DNA of 63,907 bases, the filler included, from Lenisia limosa (taxonomy: Eukaryota; Protista; Breviatea), in the NCBI GenBank assembly GCA_001655205.1. It is 11 parts of 11 records of this genome, joined end to end, with 100 filler letters (N's around TTAATTAATTAA, not from the genome) between each part and the next. Parts side by side here need not be neighbours in the genome. Positions count along the whole stretch, not along the records: positions 53,081 to 54,696 come from LPNZ01003988.1; positions 54,797 to 55,947 come from LPNZ01001325.1; positions 56,048 to 58,100 come from LPNZ01001936.1; positions 58,201 to 59,618 come from LPNZ01006527.1; positions 59,719 to 61,099 come from LPNZ01004636.1; positions 61,200 to 62,780 come from LPNZ01005472.1; positions 62,881 to 63,907 come from LPNZ01000737.1; 4 more parts are not named here. One strand, written 5' to 3'. This document shows positions 52,981-63,819 of this stretch, in pieces; the stretch's first letter is position 1, and each line of letters begins with the position of its first letter. The notes beneath the pieces were generated by a model. The model saw only the letters and a program-made list of their open reading frames with translations, had not been told where the DNA came from and made no database searches. Both the position numbers and the translations under genes were made by a program.

Positions 52981-53380
52981 NNNNNNNNNNNNNNNNNNNN
53001 NNNNNNNNNNNNNNNNNNNNNNNNTTAATTAATTAANNNNNNNNNNNNNNNNNNNNNNNNNNNNNNNNNNNNNNNNNNNNTTATATAGAGCTTTACTGTC
53101 GGTTCCGAAAGACTTGTAAAATATCGATACTATTTATCGAAGATTTATCGAGAATTCAGTCTTTTTTGGAACCGAATGTGAAGCTCAAGCTTACGTATCG
53201 GTTATACATTTGTGCTCGGCTTTGGCGGGTTCACAGTGGCCGGGATAATTCTTAACCGATTTTCCTTGGAATCACATTGCAAATCGGTCAAGACTTTTCC
53301 TGTCCCTGTATATTAGAGCCTCACTCACAAGATTGATATTGGTATATTTCATGAACAAAATCCTTACTTTTGCTTTTCAG

Positions 53381-54683
53381 CAAGTATGAAATTCACCATT
53401 TAGTCCCGGATTTCTACGACTACCTCAGTGAACAAGAGGCAACCTTCCTTCTTCTCGGCTTCTGTAGGAGGGCACTTGCCAAATAGAGGTTTCAATAGAG
53501 ACTTTCTGCAAAAAATTACATTTTGTTCTTTCCTTTTTTAATATTTTTGTCTCTCTTTTATGTAACATTTCCAGGTTTAAAGATCTTCAGCTTCAATCTA
53601 ACATCTTCAGCATTTGCATTCTTCATGCTGTCGCTGATCATTTCATTGAGCAAGCGTTCGCACGTGGTCAAGGTGAGTGGGTTTCTTCCTTATCTGACCA
53701 ATTTAAAAATGCACAATATCATTGATAAAGGGTGTGACAAAAACGTAGCAAGGTCAACAGAATCCAGTGATATCAGGGATTCACTGATACAGTTCAACTG
53801 TTTCATTAATTTTTTTAATTTCACTCCCCCCCACAGACCGCTCCTGACGCTGACGCCAGTATTCTGCAGGAAGGTGATATTGACCCTGATCATGCCTTGC
53901 ATTTGAGCCATTTGACTAAGGTGTGAGAATGATGGTGATGATGATGATAACATAACGGTGATTATATTGATAATGATGATGGTGGTGGTGGTGGTGAAGG
54001 GGTTGATATGATCTCAAAATTCAGGTTTACACGTTTTTTGGGCGATCAGACCCGTATAATAAACTTGGCTCACAATTCAGGTCTACGCCGGAACTGGCCA
54101 GGCCCCAGACACAATTGCACTCAGTGACGCGTCGCTCATTGTCGGTCACGATGAGACTGTCGGACTTCTCGGACCCAATGGCGCTGGCAAAGTCGGCGTT
54201 TTCTGTTTTGTAACGTTGTTTTTCTCAACAATCTGTTGTTTTTTGTGATATTTGTGGTTTTTAGTCTCTATTTTGGTGAATTTTTGTTGTTGGTTTTCCT
54301 GTTTTGATTGCCTTTTTGGCCAGTTTTCTCTTTTTTTTTTTTGTCTCTCTCATTTTTGATCATCATCCAATTTTAGCGCAGAAATGACCCCAATTTTAGC
54401 TAAATCACCCCCATTGTTGCGTACATAACCCCCTTCAGACCACCATGATGTCTATTATGACGGGATTCCTGAAGCAGTCGTCAGGACAGTGCTTCGTGAA
54501 CGGTCTTGACGTTTCTCGCCATCTTTCGACTATTAGAAAAGTGGGGGAGGGGTGTCTTAGATATTATTTGACTACAACGCTGGTATTTTGATAATTAAAT
54601 GATTTTCGATTCCGCTTTGTAACCATTTCAGAGCCTTGGCTTCTGCGCTCAATTTGACCATCTTTGGGAGTCTCTCTTCATCG
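53381..54683 (+). CDS. ABC transporter, ABCA subfamily nucleotide-binding domain fragment
   Basis: Spliced: HALHLSHLTK|VYAGTGQAPDTIALSDASLIVGHDETVGLLGPNGAGK|TTMMSIMTGFLKQSSGQCFVNGLDV...|SLGFCAQFDHLWESL. This gives Walker A plus the ABCA-type GxCxQFD Q-loop. Confidence 0.9.
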
Positions 54684-54799
54684 GTTGGGGGGGGGGNNNN
54701 NNNNNNNNNNNNNNNNNNNNNNNNNNNNNNNNNNNNNNNNTTAATTAATTAANNNNNNNNNNNNNNNNNNNNNNNNNNNNNNNNNNNNNNNNNNNNCGA

Positions 54800-55510
54800 T
54801 TAGGCAACTTTTCAGCAAGCATATCATCCTTGTCCCCTAAATGGTGAACTGGAGAAAAAATGTGTTCGAAAAACAATAATATTATATCAAACGGATCATC
54901 AAAACTCAGACTATTTAACACAAATCCGACTTTGTATTATTAGTGCCAACATAATTCGCTAGGACAATTGTTATTGAGCTACATTTAATTCATGGTAGAA
55001 GGGTATGCATTTCTTAATGTGAGCTATATTTCTTTTCTCAACAATCATGTATTGCAAAAGGATCTCACAACCACGCACCCGCAGTGTAGACGGCGACAGC
55101 GGAAAGCAGAATTCTGAGGGGTGTGAACGGAAAAAGAAAACGGCAGGGATGGACACGCCGATAATAGAAAACAGTCCATCTTAACACATTCCATCATCTT
55201 GTTCATAATTGTTCCAAAGTTAACACAAAAAAAAAAACAAAAAAAAAATATACCCATCCTGCTGCAGTACTTCTCTAACATAATATCCACCAGATATATC
55301 CCAAGGCAGTTTAAATCGATATAAATTAGAGTGGAGCTCTTTGGGAAACGAAGAGATCATACAGTCTCAAAATAATATCCAGGGGTTGGTGCTGACCTTC
55401 CAAGAATTCCAAAGATGTCACCGGACAGAAGCGCCCGGGCCTGGAAGGAAGATGCCTTGCCCTTCTTCTTGGATCGCATTATTGACTCGGGACATGGGGT
55501 ACCTATATGG
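54800..55510 (-). CDS. Fragment of an unidentified spliced gene
   Basis: GC-richer AG/GT-bounded segments at ~55388-55505 and ~55065-55113. Frame ambiguous and no domain recognised. Confidence 0.3.
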
Positions 55511-56288
55511 TTATAAAATACGAGGGAGACGGTGAGGCTTGAATGACTTTTAAAAATTCGGCAACATTAAAAAAAGGCTAAGACAATCATATTAGTTTTG
55601 GAATGAGGAAAATATGAGACCTATGCTGCTGATGAAGTCAATGTGAAACTGTCCACCAAGGGCGAGTTAGAACAAGATCCCAGCTCATTTTTTAAAAAGC
55701 TTCATGACAATCAACAATTAGAATTTGTGTTTTGCTACTTGCTACCTGTATTAACCCTCAACCAGGAAAAAAAAAGATGACAATTAACAATTAGAATTTG
55801 TGTTTTGCTACTTGCTACCTGTATTAACCCTCAACCAGGCTAGGCTCATCTACAACTAGTATTGGGTTTCAGCATTAGTTTGTCATCGAAGGTAAATGGC
55901 AAAGCCAAACAAAACAAAATGAAAAAAGAAAAAAAGAAAAAAGAAAANNNNNNNNNNNNNNNNNNNNNNNNNNNNNNNNNNNNNNNNNNNNTTAATTAAT
56001 TAANNNNNNNNNNNNNNNNNNNNNNNNNNNNNNNNNNNNNNNNNNNNCACCACATCCCATCACTCCAACAAACAAAGCCCAGGCCAGTCACTTCTGCAGC
56101 ACCGCATGAAAAATAGAAATGAATGAGAACTGTGAGACATTTAAATTTCAATTTTTGCCAATTGATTGCCATAATAAATTAATAGTTCAGATTAGAATTT
56201 CTGGTGAATAAAACCCAACAGCTGGTTATGTTTTTGGTAAACTTAAGTATTCATTTGACTCCCTGATTTTTAAAAAGTCACGGCATAC

Positions 56289-57005
56289 TGGTAGAATAGA
56301 TTGCTTTGATCATATATCTTGATAGTTCTATCGGACGCACAGGCTGCGATCACATTCAGAACATTAGATCTGGCGAGCTTGAAAACGTATTCTGTTTCTT
56401 CGTCTTGGGAGGGCAATGTGTGGAAGAGCTGGGAGGGAGGGAGTAAAACGAAGGATAAAGAATACTGGCGTAAAGGTACTAATCACGAACCGAATAATTT
56501 GAAACTTCAAACAAACAAAAAACAAAAAAACGAGCAATAACACGGCAACGCTAAAACTAGACGAAAGCCAGATGACAAAAATCCCACCACCACTCTTGAA
56601 AAATGTATGAAACACAAAACAATCAGAATCAACTCTTCTGACAAACAACATACAAGGGTTAGAAAAACAAAACAAACAAATCCCAGGTCAGTCGCTTATG
56701 CAACCCCCGAAAGTCGGTCGTGTTAATCACGTGGATACTGTGCGCAGAGACTTTACTGCAAAAAACAAATCAACCATCTAATGCAAAATGTTGTGATACA
56801 GATAATAACGCATTTCTTTCATCCGCCAAACTGCATAAAATATGATCAACAATATTTAAACCAAAAAGGATGCCAAAATACTTGTCTGCAATATGGGGCA
56901 GAAGGATCATATCCCAAAATCAAAACTCCGGTTTCCTTCGCTTAAAATATTTTTCCTAAGATATTAGCTAACCTGATGATGCGCTTCGTACGTGTTGAGG
57001 TCCAT
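56289..57005 (-). CDS. WD40-repeat protein N-terminus (WDR89-like), truncated
   Basis: MDLNTYEAHHQ (ATG 57005) splices in phase 0 to LFHTLPSQDEETEYVFKLARSNVLNVIAACASDRTIKIYDQSNL, a WD40-type blade end. The WDR89 resemblance is from memory of the family only. Confidence 0.55.
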
Positions 57006-58269
57006 GGTGAGAGTCACTGACACTTAACCGTGTTATGTTGACTTTTATATCGTAAGAATGAACTTGTTTTAATGCAAACTGCTAATTTCCGGTGTACTAT
57101 CTGAAGATATTCGGATTTGATAATTGCTTTTAAGGCCTTCTGGGGGGTGCAGAAAAGTGTATAAAACCTTTGACTTGGTTTTTTGTTTATGGGGAAATTT
57201 TCAAATTTTCATGGTTAGTCGGTGTTCAAGAAGCAACTTACGTCTTAAAAGCATGAAAACACATGGGAGAAACGAGTATCTGGAGTAGCTTCTGCAACTG
57301 GACTGTTTCCGCCACAGCTGTAGGGTCTAACAGGCGTGCATTGATGATATTATCACAGTTTAACAAGATTAACCGTGGCTTTAGCGTTTGAGAGAGATGG
57401 TGTTGACCAGAAGGGGCAGACAGCTTTCCGGAGGACATTCCCCGACCTCGTCCGACGTTTCAACAATGGGAAGAGTTCTAAGAGAAGGTTAGTACCGGGC
57501 TGGAGTTTCCTTTGTTGGCAACCGTTGGTATCCCGTTGGTCCCCTGTGTGTTCTTCAGCATTCGGCTCTGTGGCGCTCATGGGCTTGTGGGAGGCAAGAT
57601 ATGATGTTTTCTTGCAGTTTGGCTGGTTTTTGAAATTGTTTCGGATGGGGCTTTGTGGAGTTGTGGGTCTTTTATCTGTCTTGTCATTCAGCTTCTTCCA
57701 TCCCCGTTTTGCTCCGCCACGTATAGCAGCGCTTCTATGGAATTGAAGCATTTGGCATATATCACGGATTAAGCTTTATTACAAGCTCTTGGCGTACTGT
57801 TTTTAAACTGCCAAGTACTGGCAGTTTCTCATGTCACTTTTTCGGGGGTCAATTTCACAACGTCATTTTCCACGCAGTGATATGATACCGCATATCCACT
57901 CGTATGATAAAAGACCAACAAGTGTCAATGATACTCTGATACACTCGGGATAAACCCTCGTGTTATCTTCGTTCACCATTTCGACTTGAAAGCCGGTCAT
58001 ATGATCATATCTCTCACGAGTGGAACATTGCCTTCCCCAATAACAGTTTATCGAGGAAAAAGCGGATGTTATTGTTACTTGAATTATGATTATATTATTA
58101 NNNNNNNNNNNNNNNNNNNNNNNNNNNNNNNNNNNNNNNNNNNNTTAATTAATTAANNNNNNNNNNNNNNNNNNNNNNNNNNNNNNNNNNNNNNNNNNNN
58201 AACAGAGTTGTTTTTGGGCTTTTTTGTTTTCGTTTCGAAAATGTTCCAATTTTACCCCCCCTCCCCAGG

Positions 58270-59618
58270 AAAGGGAAAAGCGGCACGCACGCCGCGAACG
58301 TAGACGCCAAAGAAGTGCGCGTGAGCATAACGATCACAACGATCACGAAGATGAGGATGAGGAACCGGCACAAACCGCAGAAACCGAAAATCCCCCCGAA
58401 GAGCACCCCAAAGTTACCCCGGAAGACGGCGATCTTGAACTGGATGAACTGGACGGAAATGCGGAGCCGACAGAGCCGACAGAAGCACCACAGACGCCCA
58501 CGCAGCCGCAGGAGTATATCCGGCCCGAATCAGAAATGACTCCCGGGGAGAGGCGGCAGAGGAGTCGTGAGGCGAAGCAGCGCGACGCGCAGAGGAAAGA
58601 AGTGGGGAGTACAGGGCTATCTTCGAAAACTTTTCGAAGTGAAACGGTCTATCATCTGTTATTTGCGCTTCACAAAGCGTGGACTATCACATGATGGGTG
58701 AATTAATATCAGACTTTTATCCAATATCTCTTTTAAGCCTGATGGTGTGGACGGCTTCGGACAGATGCAACCTTATTTTTTATTTCTCATTGCTATACAT
58801 GTACATGTATATGTATGCAAATACTACATTTTAACTCAAAAACAGGTTGAACGGAGAGAAAGAGCCCCGAAAAGAGACTATGCACCGTTCTCATCTGCCC
58901 AGCTTTCTCGAGCGGTTNNNNNNNNNNNNNNNNNNNNNNNNNNNNNNNNNNNNNNNNNNNNNNNNNNNNNNNNNNNNNNNNNNNNNNNNNNNNNNNNNNN
59001 NNNNNNNNNNNNNNNNNNNNNNNNNNNNNNNNNNNNTGCATATGATATGAATATCTATGTTTCTACTATAGCAATAAGTCCTAACCCAGGAAGTTTGCTT
59101 AATATTCTGTCAGAAGTTATTACACAATAAAATACAGTGACCGGGATAGGTCTTGACCGATTTGTTGTGATATACAGTGACCGGGATAGGTCTTGACCGA
59201 CTTGCTAAATGATTTCCCAAGGAAAATCGGTCAAAACTCTCATGGTCACTGCATAGTACTCCACCCCATTTATCACTACCTTAGCCCTCCATCAAGAAAA
59301 TGGAAGACGATGAAGATGCCTGTACGTTCCAGCCGAAAATCAACCCCAGGTCCCGCAACGCCCAAGTCGATAATAGAGTGGGGGGAGGGGTGTCTTTCGT
59401 TTGGGTTTCACTTCGGTTCGAAAAATACCGGTAAAATATCAATAGTTTTCGAGGATTTATCGAGAAATTCAGTCTTCGTAATCATATAACGTACCCCCCA
59501 GATGTCCGTTATCGAGAAGACAGCCACCTACCAAAAGGAGCGTGAGGAGCGTCGGCGTAAGGCTCAGGAGGAAACTGAGGCCCGCGAAATGGACGGCTGT
59601 TTGTTCCGACCGAAAATC
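58270..59618 (+). CDS. Hypothetical low-complexity protein fragment with CxF(Q/R)PKI repeats
   Basis: Exons 58270-58590 (acidic/Pro-rich), ~58846-58917, ~59284-59377 (EDACTFQPKINPRSR) and 59502-59618 (EMDGCLFRPKI), all AG/GT bounded. Confidence 0.6.
58693..58790 (+). repeat. Family B: ~150-bp intronic repeat (AGAGTTGTAAGGCAAATGATTGGGTGAATT...GTGATGGTGTGGACGGCTTCGGCC...CAACCTT-T tract); reference copy
   Basis: Copies at ~1340-1390(-), 17535-17590(+), 22597-22625(+), 26062-26110(+), 27020-27072(-), 33170-33298(-), 40010-40086(+), 48540-48628(+), 59745-59800(-), 61200-61293(-), 62118-62225(-, two) and 63093-63125(-). Confidence 0.85.
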
Positions 59619-60574
59619 NNNNNNNNNNNNNNNNNNNNNNNNNNNNNNNNNNNNNNNNNNNNTTAATTAATTAANNNNNNNNNNNNNNNNNNNNNNNNNN
59701 NNNNNNNNNNNNNNNNNNCTTTTACAAGATATAGGATCATAGTATCATATTAATTAACCCAACCATTTGTCTTACAACCCTGTGCACAGCTTTCTGCCTT
59801 CTCCCCAGCATATATAATATTAATACATCACCTCCTAGGGCTTCACTTCGGTTGGAAAAAAGACTAAATTTCTCAAAGAACACTAAAATATCTATAATTT
59901 TTAGCACTAATTAGAAATTAGTGCTGAATCAATACTTTAATCCTCCCCCCCCCTCCCANNNNNNNNNNNNNNNNNNNNNNNNNNNNNNNNNNNNNNNNNN
60001 NNNNNNNNNNNNNNNNNNNNNNNNNNNNNNNNNNNNNNNNNNNNNNNGTATGTATGGTATTCTTGAGACGATTTATGGAATAAGGTTCATAAAAGTTAGG
60101 AATTCTACTAATATAAAAATAGAGTAATGATTTACTAAATTATAAAAACAAAAAAAAAATAATGTAACGATAAAAGAATTATAATATGATATGTATGGTA
60201 TGTATTCTTGAGACGATTTATGGAATAAGTTTCATAAAAGTTAGGAATTATAATAATATAAAAATACAGTAATGATTTACTAAATTATAAAAACAAAAAA
60301 AAATACTGTAACGATTAAAGGAATTATAACACTAACAAAATACAGTAGTGAATTAAAAAAAAAATTAAATTATAATCAAAAAAAAAAAATGCAGTAACGA
60401 TATGATATAAAGAACTAAAAACTATGTTTTGCTCCAAAAACAGATAAAAAAAAAACACTCCGACCCCCACCCCCCTCATACGCCCAGCTCAGACTTGAGG
60501 TGCAGCAGATCCGCATGCCCTGATACCTGATAACGTTATTCAAAATTTGTGATACGCATTCTAGAGAGGTAGAT

Positions 60575-61062
60575 AGTATACTGATAATGTCTATAAGGTA
60601 AGTAGTCCAGATAATGTCTATATAAGGTAAGTAGTACAGATAAAGTCTATATAATAGTACAGATAATGGCTATATAAGGTAGGTAGTACAGATAATGTCT
60701 ATATAAGGTAGGTATTATGGATAATGTATATATAAGGTAGGTAGTACAGATAATGTCTATATAAGGTAGGTAGTACAGATAATGTCTATATCAGGTAGGT
60801 ATTCTGGATAATGTCAGTATATAAGGTAGGTATTATGGATAATGTCAGTATGTCAGTTGGTAGGGGTATTATGGATAATGCCAGTATATAAGGTAGCTAT
60901 TATAGATAATGTCAGTATATAAGGGAGGTATTCTGGATAATGTCAGTATATAAGGTAGGTATTATGGATAATGTCTATATAAAGTAGGTATTGTGGATAA
61001 TGTCTATATAAGGTAGGTACTGTGGACAATGTCTATATAAGGTAGGTATTACGGATAATGCT
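60575..61062. repeat. Degenerate ~28-30-bp satellite (ATAAGGTAGGTATTATGGATAATGTCTAT)
   Basis: Many diverged direct units. A ~145-bp direct duplication also lies at ~60048-60340. Confidence 0.85.
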
Positions 61063-61767
61063 GGGGAGGCACCCCCCCCCCCTACATATTCATCCGTTAN
61101 NNNNNNNNNNNNNNNNNNNNNNNNNNNNNNNNNNNNNNNNNNNTTAATTAATTAANNNNNNNNNNNNNNNNNNNNNNNNNNNNNNNNNNNNNNNNNNNNT
61201 CACGCTTATAAGAGATATTGAAGTAGAAAATTATATTAATTCACTCAATCATTTGCCTTATAACTCTGTGCACACTGCTTTCTGCGTGCCCCCCAGGTAG
61301 AGTATACTTGTGGATTAATGGGATTCCCCATTTCCCTATGGTCCCGAAAAGACTGAATTACTCGATAAATGTCGTCGTAGGGAAGCCCTAATTGTACATA
61401 AATTGCTTCAGATTTCCATAAAGTTACCCGGTATTTCCTTTTAAATAGGAATTCCAATTTTTTCATAAGAATCCCAAGTCAATGCGCTTTTGTGGGCCCA
61501 AAAAGACTGGTAACATTTCGAGGATTTACCGAGGATTCAGTCTTTATTTTGTAACCTAAGTGAACACGCGCATACTTAGGAAAACTGGGAAAGCAAACTA
61601 TTTATTTCTGTGTATGATATGGCCATCAAGCCTCTTAGCAAAGCGCCTTCAATATAGTAAGTGTCCATAAGACTGTTTCTGGCATCCCCATATGTTTCCC
61701 TGGAATTTTTTATGATATTTTCTTGTTCATAATAAAAAGTCTCTTTGCAAAGCGCATACCAAGGAAG

Positions 61768-62629
61768 AAGAACGAAAGGGTAAGGTCGCAGGCGATAGTT
61801 GTTCTATGGCGGGGGAGAACGGAAACTTGTTGGGCTGGGTTAGTGAGGGGGGGAGTACAATTGGATATTTATGAAACAAAAAAAAAAAGCCCAAATCAAC
61901 TNNNNNNNNNNNNNNNNNNNNNNNNNNNNNNNNNNNNNNNNNNNNNNNNNNNNNNNNNNNNNNNNTGATAACAACAAAACTTACCTCACATTCCATGCTC
62001 GGATGTCTGAACTTATTTCACCACCCCCTCCTTACGCTCGGATGTCTCAGGTGGAACGGGCAGTTTTCTCAGACGGCTGAAAAGTAAGATTATGCGTGGA
62101 GATGGGAAAATGGGTGGTATCAGTCCGAAGCCGTCCACACCATCGGATTACATAGTAATGAGAAATAAAATAAGGTTGTATCTGGCCGAATCCGCTCACA
62201 CCATCACGATTATAAGAGATATTAATAGTAATTCAAAGAAGTACTACTTTATCATAGACTATAACGAAATCTGATCTGTGTGCTTACCTCATTTCAATGC
62301 TGTAAACAGGGTGAGAATCCGGGCAGAGCAGTAGCGTGAACGGTCTGTTGATCATTTCTTCTGCATGCATCTCAAGGAGCTGTGTTGCGCCCTACATCAT
62401 AAGTTGGGCTTCACATCGGTTCTTTCAAGACCGGTAAAATATCGATAGTTTTCGAGGTTTTATTTACAAATGTGAAGCCCTCATCATAAGAGATAGTCAA
62501 AACTCTCAAAAAAAAAACATTAAAAATCATGTTTACCTTGTTAGCAGATAAGACGAAACCGTCAGGATTGAGGGTGAAAATCGCGTCAAAGGTGGAGCTA
62601 ATGATACCGTCCAAGCGCCTTCTCTCCGT
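61768..62629 (-). CDS. PAS-domain sensor protein fragment (output domain not in window)
   Basis: TERRRLDGIISSTFDAIFTLNPDGFVLSANK|GATQLLEMHAEEMINRPFTLLL is the canonical PAS N-terminal pattern. A later exon TTIACDLTLSF fits the PAS/PAC beta strands. Confidence 0.75.
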
Positions 62630-63254
62630 CTGTAAGGGGGAAATTGTGAGGAAAAACAAAAAGGAAAATATGTGTTTGATGATAATATGTAATATAACAC
62701 AGAAAATGCCCCCTCCCCTCTGTCTGTAAGGGGAAATGGTGAGAGAAAGATAGGAAAATATGTTCTCTATTTAAGTAGTANNNNNNNNNNNNNNNNNNNN
62801 NNNNNNNNNNNNNNNNNNNNNNNNTTAATTAATTAANNNNNNNNNNNNNNNNNNNNNNNNNNNNNNNNNNNNNNNNNNNNTGGTTTCCACTAATCAGTTA
62901 AAAGGGAAATGTAGCGCGCCGAGGATCGTGGGCGCGGAAATACGGTAATTTGTTAATGGTATCCCTATGTATTTATTTGTTTCCCTAGATTTCTAATGTA
63001 TACATATACATGTACATGTATTATTTCTCTTCTTCCAAAAAATGAAAAATAAAAAAAAGTTGTATTGTATGTATGATATGAGATCAAGAAAGTATCTGGC
63101 CGAAGCCGTCCACATCATCACGATTAAATAATGAAAATCATACATAGATGTATACATACTGAAATAAATAATGCCCCTAAATCCCCAAATAACAATAAGA
63201 AAAAATAATAATAATAAATAATAATAAAAATAAGGCAGAGTAAAAACGCCTACT

Positions 63255-63565
63255 CATAGTTGTAATATCAGGGATGTAAATGCCTTCTTCTGCGGCAACT
63301 TTTTCGATACACTCCGAACATTCCTAATATGGTAAGTGAAACAAGTAGAATAGACCTAATACGGTAAGTTAAGAAGTAAAACAGTCCTAATATGGCAAGT
63401 TAAAAAGTAAAACAAGACAACTTCCTATTATGGTAAGTAAAAAGAGCAAAACCTTCCTAAAAAAAAAAGCAAGTTTCCCCAAGTTTACCGGGGCTCTCTG
63501 GACAGCAGGGTGAATTTCGATATTGACAAGTTCCATGGGGGTCTGTTGTCCGTTGCTCTGGGGGG
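63255..63565 (-). CDS. Unidentified spliced gene fragment
   Basis: Exon-like segments SNGQQTPMELVNIEIHPAVQR (~63490-63565) and ECSECIEKVAAEEGIYIPDITTM (63323 to ~63255), with AG and GT boundaries on the second. Confidence 0.4.
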
Positions 63566-63819
63566 AAGTGTGTGAAAAAAGGATTCGAACCCAAACTTTT
63601 GGTGTCCAAAAGAACAACAAAATGATAAACGCCACGTCAATAGTATACCCCCCCACACACACACACAATTATTATACCCTTCATATAACGGTTCCCTTAG
63701 GTCCCAAAAAAAGACCGAATCTCTCAATAAACCCTCGATAATTAATGATATTTAAACGGTCTTTTTCAGACCGTTGGGAAGCCCTACATATATATTAACA
63801 CAGATACATCATACATGTA

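Noticed and set aside
57240-58070. ORFs 57353-57751 (-) and 57375-57746 (+) as complete genes
   Set aside because: The sequence is probably partly exonic, but strand and frame are ambiguous and no domain was recognised, so no call was made.
155-61996. Numerous ORF-track entries containing X runs
   Set aside because: They stay open only because N gaps hide stops. Only short exon parts are real.
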